This document shows, one piece after another, positions 56,001-64,000 of a stretch of 64,000 bases of DNA. Below the pieces are notes generated by a model. It was not told where the DNA came from. It did no database searches and saw only the letters and a list, made by a program, of their open reading frames with translations. How positions within the stretch are numbered: position 1 is the stretch's first letter; each line of letters opens with the position of its first letter. The translations under genes and the position numbers were made by a program. The stretch covers positions 25,252,871-25,316,870 of the forward strand of contig NC_092676.1 in NCBI RefSeq assembly GCF_964355755.1. The letters run 5' to 3'. This stretch comes from Antedon mediterranea (taxonomy: Eukaryota; Animalia; Echinodermata).

Positions 56001-59000
56001 TCAATGAACATTAATGTATTCATTGGAATTGAATAACCTTTACAGATATCGATAAAAGTAATACCTGGTTGGAAGTTGTTGAGCTATGTCATATACTATT
56101 ACTACTAGATTCTTATGTGAACGTCTTCTAAACATCTTTTCTGAGAGATGTTTGTGTAAGAGTTAGGTGGAGGGGGTTTACCGGTTAGGGAGAGGAGGGG
56201 CGGGGGTGTCGATTTTTTACCCACTAATATAACAATCATCACTATTACATGTAACCACCAAATCTTGGTAGATTTTTGTTACGTATAGTGGTTAATATTG
56301 ATACATTAGTGGTGGATTGTTACGTTAGTGGGTGATACAGGAAGGAGGGTTGTGTTATCCTTAAAAATGCGGTTTATTTTATGATGTTTGGTCTGCTTTA
56401 ACCAATGTTGAAAAATAAGTCAATGTTGCAAAGTATTAATGTTTTATTAAACAACAATTAAAAAATAAAAAAGTTGCCCTTTAAAATTGTTTGTTTTTAT
56501 TTTAAATACTAATTCATTGTATGTTTATCCAGGGGTGGTGTTTAGGCCATAGAATTTAGGAAGTAATTTCCTGGATAGCAATGTAGTCTAGCTGGTTACC
56601 CACCTTTAGGCAAGACACTACATTCATGTATGTAAATACTCTGGCCTTTATTTTGAACAATTTAAAGACTTTTATAGAATACCTACTAAGTAATACTATA
56701 CTGTACCTATGAAAAACCATGAAAGAATTCTATCTAGGGGTGTATTTTATTTAGGCCATAGTCTTTAGGAAGTAATTCCTGGATAGCAACACACTACATG
56801 CCTTTATCTTGAAAAATATTGAGACATTTATGAAATACCTACTACTGTACCTACAGTACAAGGGGTGTGTAAAATCTAAAACCATGAATGGATGATCATA
56901 ACAAAGAATTACTTGTTTGATAATTATATTATCACAAATATACCCACTACAATGAACTTGTAGTGTACTAGGGGCATTGAAGCATTGTTATCGTCAATGG
57001 TATAAACTCTATGATTTAATACAATACTTTAGTTTTCTGCTCAATGCTGTTGAACAATGAATCCCTTAAATGACCTCTTGTTTGTAGTTTATCTTGCTAA
57101 TTCCACATTTTTCGGCCAATTGGATTTTTCTGTATCTACATTGATATCAAATTAGTTTGATCATAGAGAGTTCACTACAGTATAACATCTCTATGGTTTG
57201 ATGGTAGATTGTACTGTATGATGGCTTCATACCCATAACAACATTGTGATTTTTCCATACTTAAACAAATATTTATTCAAAACACATACTGTACTACTGT
57301 TACAGTAATAGTCATATTCACAAAATATGTTATTCTCCACTATGCACTGTCAACTCAATATTGACAGTACAGTACATCTAGTGTAAACTGTAAGGTGGTG
57401 CTTCTACTATAGTACTGTAGAAAATTAATAATTTTACTGCTAAATGATAAAAGAGATAATCAGCGGACATCCCTATTTTATTTTTTTAAGCGAAAAATGA
57501 AACTAATGTTTCAACACTATGGCCTATTCAGAGGATACCCCAATACCCAGGACACACTTTTTCGGTCCAAAGGTGTCCCCTAGAGATGTGAAAAAAGATT
57601 CAACAGACACTCTATTCTTTCTACACTGTACAAAAACTAGGTCTTTTAGTATTTCAGAAAAAAATCTACAATTTTACAATGATCCCTGTTCGTTCGTATA
57701 GCAAAGTAGTAATTATTGAATACTTGGAGATTAACATTCTGTTGAAGTGAATGAACCCTTTAATATCAATTACATTTATTGATTAGAATTCCACTAAATA
57801 TCAGCCTACAATCTATTGATATTCACATCATACTTACAGACTTTATTCAGCCTCAATTTTGAAATCCTGCTGTCTCAATTTTTAAAATGCAGTTCATTGG
57901 TACAATGTTTTTTTTTTCCTGGATGTTACAGTATTATATAGTAGTAGTACAGCAGTATACTAAAGCTCTGTCTACTTTATCAAACTAATTTGAGGAAAAA
58001 CGTGTGATGTGCTCAAATATGGTAGTGATATTCCCAAATATGGTAGTGATATGACATCATCATATCCATGTATGGGCACATCACATTTTTTTGTCACATA
58101 AAGTTTGATAGTGTAGACAAGGCTTAACTCACTCACTGTTTGATTTTGTGAATTGTTTACTTTTAAACATGATTATAGTTATACTCTTTTATTTGCAAAC
58201 ACTATATAATACAATGACAATTATATAAAAATGAAATAAGATATTCTTAGCCATTCTTTTAAAGACTAATGTATTTATTTCGTGCATACTGTAGGTTACC
58301 TGGATAAACCAACATAGGCCATTTTCGAGTAACAACAACTTTATATAGCCACGCCCACATGTGGGCTGTCCCATCCATAATATCCCACTATATTTACAGT
58401 ATATTTTATTGACTGTACATACTAGTATTTGTAGATTACAGAAAACTGTGTCTTTATTTGTTGGTAGTACATCTTTTTGCATAATGGAAATTATAGTGGT
58501 TGAAAACAATGTAGATTTAGTCTTTGATCCATTTCATCTATTTATGTCATCAATCACTCGCTCTAAATAGCTTTCACCGTTGCTTTATTGCCCCATTCGT
58601 ACCATTTACTATTCTGTCAATTACGTTTTCCATTTAGCTAATTTTCAATATTGTACTCAGTGTGTCTTGAATAATTGTGCATATTGTACGGATTACTTTT
58701 ATTCTTAAATATATTACTGAATATTTAAAATGTGTTTACTTTATAGTCGATATCTTCTAAAAAATAATTTGGTACAGCTTGAAAATGTAAATTCATTGAT
58801 CACAAATTGTCTAGTAAAATAGCAATAACTCAATGGTATGCTGAAAATGTGATGCGAAAGTCGAATCTGTTGCGAATTTGTCCGGCTCAATTTTCTTAGG
58901 GATCTTCCTCATTGCAAAGGATTAAGCCCCCATCACTGTAACCTCTCTAGGGAGGAGAGGCAGAAGCAAAAATGTTCTATCCCTAGTAGTAGTACAACCT

Positions 59001-61959
59001 TGAGTGAGGTTATGTGAGTGATTTATTTCATAAAATAGGATTGACTACAAATTCAATGATTTTAGGACTCAAGCATCATGACTGATGCTAACTAACTCCC
59101 AACCCCGTCTTTCAGTCTGACTCCCCTGCAGCGTTCTCGTCAATATCAAGATCGTATCAAAAGCGTGACGATTATAAATGCCAGGGGGACACATACTGTA
59201 GCCATACTATGGTATGGTATAAAGTTGATTATCATCACATCAAATGAATGTTCTGTGCTTGTACAGTAAAGAAATGTCAGGGACATTGAAAGTCTGGGAG
59301 AACACTGTACAGTACATTGCCATATTTTGGTATACAGTAGGAGTATAAAATGATTTTCATTACATCAACAGAATGTTCTGTATAGCATTTGCCAGCCTGT
59401 GACAATTAAAAAGGCCGGGGAGAACACTGTACAGTATATTGCCATACTATTTATTATATAGAGTTGATTGTCATCACATCAAAAGAATGTTCTCTGTATA
59501 AAGTGTAAAGCATTTGGCAGCCATCAAACCGTTAAGTTTCAAGAATGTTTAAATTCAAACTGTGTAATTTATTTATCAGATTGCATGCTTCATCAATCAT
59601 TGATATTAATAATATAATAATCCTTTCATAACCTTTCACTTCCTACTTCTGAAGGCCTGCTGTGTAAGGAGTGTACAGTAAAGGTAACTGTACTGTACAT
59701 TATGTAGTATTTTCAAACAGTAAGTTATTACTGCATTGAATCGGTGTACTGTATACAGAAAAATAAACTAATTAAAGTACCTTTTGAACACAACATTGGA
59801 CTGTCTACATTATCAAAGTTTATGTGACAAAAAAATGTTATGTGCCCTCATGGACATGATGAAATTTGATATTATTATTAATACAAGTTATGAATTGAAA
59901 CTTTTGCTTACAGTTGTGTTTCATGAGATTTGCATGTACAGGAACTTAAGCTCTGTCTACACTATCAAACTTAATGTGATGTGGCCGTATATGGACATGA
60001 TGATGTCATACCACTACCATATTTGGGCATATCACTACCATATTTGGGCACATTGCACTTTTTTTTGTCAAACTAGTTTGATAGTGTAGACAGAGTATTA
60101 GAAGTTGGATTTATTCTGACAACTACAATTTGTGCTTTGTCCATTTTTGTAAACTATAGAGGGCGTATGTTTCTTGCTTTTTATTATTTAATCCCGCTTT
60201 TTATTCTCAAGGTTTGAATATACGTAATGTATTCCCATGGTTTTACTCTATAGAACATTGACTTTCATATCATGGCAATGTAACCATGATTTTGACAGTC
60301 TAACTATTATAGTGTGGAACATGTGTCGGGAACAGCTGTTCATTATAAGGCACCCTGCTGTATATCCCAAAACACCAGGTTGTTCTATATTAGTTTAATG
60401 TATAACAACATGGCTGACTATTATAAACATTAACAAAATCATTGTCTGTAGTAATTGTCCTGCAATATACTTTAATATATAAATAGTTTGTATAATATTT
60501 CAATTGTTTCCTAATTGGGCTAACTGGCCAATTATAAACAGTTGATTTTATGCTGCCACGGTTTTAAAAATGTATTTCCCAAATTGTTAGGGCATTCCAT
60601 GCCAAGTGGTTCAGAGTAGGTGTACTTGTAACATATTGTTTTGCTACACCCTCTACAACATCCTCTAGTGGGAAAAATCTTCAACATGAAATCCAAGATT
60701 GTGTTGGAGTCAACAATATTAAACACATTTCATTTCCGAGAATGATTGGTCAGTTAGTGTTATTTCAAAGGACGCCTAGACCTGAGCATACATAATGTAC
60801 AAAGAGCTGATATATTGCAATTACATTGGATAGTGTTATACATGTGTGTTATACTGATAGCACAATTTATCAATATTCTTGCAAGTGAATCATCACTTGT
60901 GTATTATACTTATTTACATCCTCCTAAGGCTTGCCATTATAGATAGCTTTTCTGTTACTTAATGCATTCATTATATTAGATGCTAATGTGTGTCGGACTT
61001 GTCTTATTGTAATAAAGTTTAAGTGCACTATATTAGTAAATTCTCTATATTATGCCGGCTCACCTGGATAAATCAACAATAGCCCTCTTTCTATGATGAG
61101 AGGATATAATTACGAAAAGAAGAAATTCCTATCGGATAATGGTATCGTCTGTGAACCGCACCATCCTGAGGGCGGCATCCTACCTACCTAGTAGCGTCAT
61201 CATTTCTTTTCGTACCACCATAGCGTGTGTCTCATCATAATAAAGTGTAGCTACACTATATTAGTAAATTATCTGCCTTTTTATTCTCGTTGATGTACCG
61301 TAAATTACGCAACCCTCCCAATGCCACCCTTCTTGATCCATACTCTTGTTTTCGAGAAAGTTCGGTTTCTTAAATATTTCACACCGAAAAATGTTCTGGA
61401 TTAATAGATTAACTCATGATATTCAATAGGGGTTATGGTTGTGTTCACTGAATAGCATACAGTAGATGACTAGGTAGGAAAAAGCTAGGATTATCACTAC
61501 ACACCTGCCACGATTAGATATATCCTCCCCCAAAATATTAGAACATTCCATGCAAAATGGTCCAGGTGGACTTGCAACATTTTGTTGGGCTGCAACCCTC
61601 TACAACCCTCTACAACATCCTGTAGTCAGCTAAAGTGAAACTATGATTATATGTATAGAATGTGAATGTCCTAGGCCTGGTAACCACACCCACCTCTATC
61701 TAGCGCAATCCCTGGAATCTAAATTCCTTATTCCTGCTGGATAGATATTCTTCCCATGGATAGTTTGCATTAAAAATTCAAGATCAATATTGAGGATAGA
61801 ATTTTGATAGAATTTGATTGATTTTGTCCCAAGTTGCTTTAGCAGCTTGATATAGTGTGTGCTTAGCATGTCGTGTCATGTCATGTACTCATGTGTTAGT
61901 CTTTGTATGTTATTTACATTACTGCGTGATGTTGATTCGATGGTCAATTTATAAATTAT

Positions 61960-64000
61960 AATAGTCTATATCGTGCCTAGCTTACCTGTATAAACCGACA
62001 ATAGCCCGTGCTCTCCAGAGGGAGGGCTTAGATACGAAAGTGAAAAGTTCCTAGAACACCCCTGCATTATAATGGACCCGTCCGCAACCACGCCCTCATG
62101 TGGGAACGTACCAACGTACCACCGTCATCATTTTCTTTCGTAACGTGAGAGCGTTACGTCGTATGATACCAAGTGTTAGGATTGTACACTGTACATACTA
62201 TACAAAGAGTTCTATTACGCTGATTACTAGTTGACTTGGCCAGGATATTGAGTGTATTCCCACGGCCTGTTGCAGTACCAGCAGTTGATATTGTTCGTAT
62301 ATCGTTGATCCGTTTTAAGTCGGGGTCTTCCTTAGATATAAGGAAGATTAAAAAGGAGAAAACAACACCCACTTCGTTGGATTTTAGGCCGGAACGGCCA
62401 CGCTACCGGAAGACAAAGGGAAAGCAATTTGCATTGCCACCTGGACTGCCTCAGCTGAGGCGTGGACGCACTGTTGCGTGAAACAACAACAAAGCCGTCG
62501 TCAGGTTGTATTGTTCTTTATCTTGCTAGGTTGCGTTCTGTGCCCGGATATGCCTAAGTCTGAATGTTGGCAATGCAGGGGCCAGCGTGCGACAGTCGAG
62601 TGGGACCGCCACTTGCTGTGCATTCACTGCCGCACCTGTAGCCAGGACCGCGCGCTTGCAACGGCCGCTGCGCCTCCACCGCAGAGTGGTACGCAGGACG
62701 ATGGTTTGTTCCCACCCGTACTGGAGGCCATCGCAGCAGCGGTGCGAGCTCTACCGAGGGAGGTTGTGCCCTCGGCATCCTCGCTTAATTATCCTCCTGT
62801 GCCAGTTCTGCCTCCGCAGTACTTTCAAGGTCGAGGGACGCACCCATCGCCGGATGTCGGTGGGTACGACAGTGACAGGACCATGACCTCGCTGCCTAGT
62901 GAGGATCGCTCCGAGGTTGCACAGGGTGGAGACGGTTTGCAGGCTCTTGTCAATCGTGTGGTTCCTGCTGTACTTTCGTACATTTGAGTAGAGTACGCCT
63001 ATGACGCGCCGACGCCCGCGCCGGCTTCGAAGAGGTACTCTACCTTTGGAGTGCGTGCTCCATTGAAGCGGGTCACGACTTGTCCAGTTGCGCCGCTGGA
63101 TCCCGAACTTGTCGCTAGGGTAGAGGCTATAGCGAAGGAGCCTAAAACCCGTAGAGCTGCATCTCAAGATCTCGCAGCAGCCTTCCCGCTTCCGCAGGAC
63201 CAGTTTTCAACGCTATATATCGGCACCACCGATCCCGGATGCAGCGAAAGAAGCGTGCGCGCGAGGATCAAGGTCTCGACGCCAACGGCAGATTTCTGTC
63301 TCCTTCGGCCGCCAGAACTGAGGAGGCGCTAATCGCGGTCGACCGTGGCGCACGCGAGACGTTACGAACGGTCTCGATGTCGGGCTACCTTCTGTCATTC
63401 CTCGCGGATCCGGACCATCCACGGCACCTTGACGCGGACGTGATCTGCTTGCTTCAGCAGTTTACGGGCCTGGTCGCGGACCAACAAGTGACAATTTCAA
63501 TGACCTCAGCCGCCGTGCGGAGGGTCAATTGACCGCATCACAACTAGCGAGTCGTTCGGTGCTGTGGATCTCTTCTACGGTAATTTCGCCGAGAAGAAAA
63601 ATAAGTGGGCTCGCGAGCGAGAGGCACGTCGCGAGACGAGATCACGCAAAACGCCTCCAGCCCCACTGCCGGTGGTGCCATCGATCTCACAACCGCCGCC
63701 GTCGGTCCGTAATCAGTCTGAGGTTGGGCAGACTCCTGGGCCGTCGCGACCCCGTAATTCCCGCCCCGCGCGTGGCGGTAAGCCGGGTAGGGGAGCACGT
63801 CGGGACCGCGGTTCGCGACGTGGTGACCGCAGGTGCCGGTAACGTGCAGGCGAGGTCCGTGCCGTCCGGGGCCGGACCAGTGGGAGGTCGTCTCCTACGG
63901 TTCGTCCGAGAGTGGGAGTAGCTGATGGTAGACAGCTGGATTCTCTCCACACTTAGCTACGGCTACCGCATAGAATTTACGAGCCCTCCAGTGTGTGGAG
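61960..64000 (+). mobile_element. DIRS-group tyrosine-recombinase retrotransposon, 5' part, decayed (gag-like region and start of RT)
   Basis: Sharp rise in GC content. Gag-like ORF from ATG 62550 with CWQC...DRHLLCIHC, broken by frameshifts; DLFYG plus an Arg-rich tail. RT N-terminus PVGGRLLRFVREWE*LMVDSWILSTLSYGYRIEFTSPP is typical of DIRS pol. The left boundary is approximate. Confidence 0.8.

Noticed and set aside
53100-61000. Short ORFs in the ARHGAP39 intron and antisense ORFs across the window
   Set aside because: Low-complexity AT-rich or MITE-derived translations; no domain motifs or consistent splice phase found.
62380-64000. GC-rich bacterial contamination or horizontal transfer; programmed readthrough at TAG 63919
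   Set aside because: Motifs fit DIRS gag/RT, and multiple frameshifts indicate decay, so the stop is more simply a mutation.

Overview
AT-rich, intron-containing metazoan DNA, probably from a marine invertebrate (inference from gene and repeat content). From left to right: (1) A ~6-7 kb segmental duplication carrying two copies of a 7-exon secreted protein gene (signal peptide, degenerate F-type-lectin/F5-8C domain, LamG/pentraxin-like domain, PAN/Apple domain), separated by LINE debris that includes an L1/Tx1 element inserted in a minisatellite. (2) Two intronless, membrane-anchored TRIM-like RING genes on the minus strand. (3) A divergently transcribed gene with 13 coding exons that splice in frame into RING - coiled coil - acidic LC - PX - BAR, i.e. 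an SNX9/18/33-type sorting nexin whose SH3 domain appears replaced by a RING E3-ligase module; this is the main candidate novelty. (4) A 29-bp minisatellite. (5) BET1 plus an orphan duplicate of its exon 3. (6) Two tandem PTGR1 paralogs. (7) The first two exons of ARHGAP39/Vilse, whose large intron holds a decayed DIRS-type retrotransposon. Scattered through the window are MITEs, SINEs, Helentron-like elements, Penelope-type hammerhead ribozyme remnants and ultra-short palindromic inserts with 5-bp direct repeats. All exon models were read by eye from GT-AG sites and reading phase, not from transcript data.
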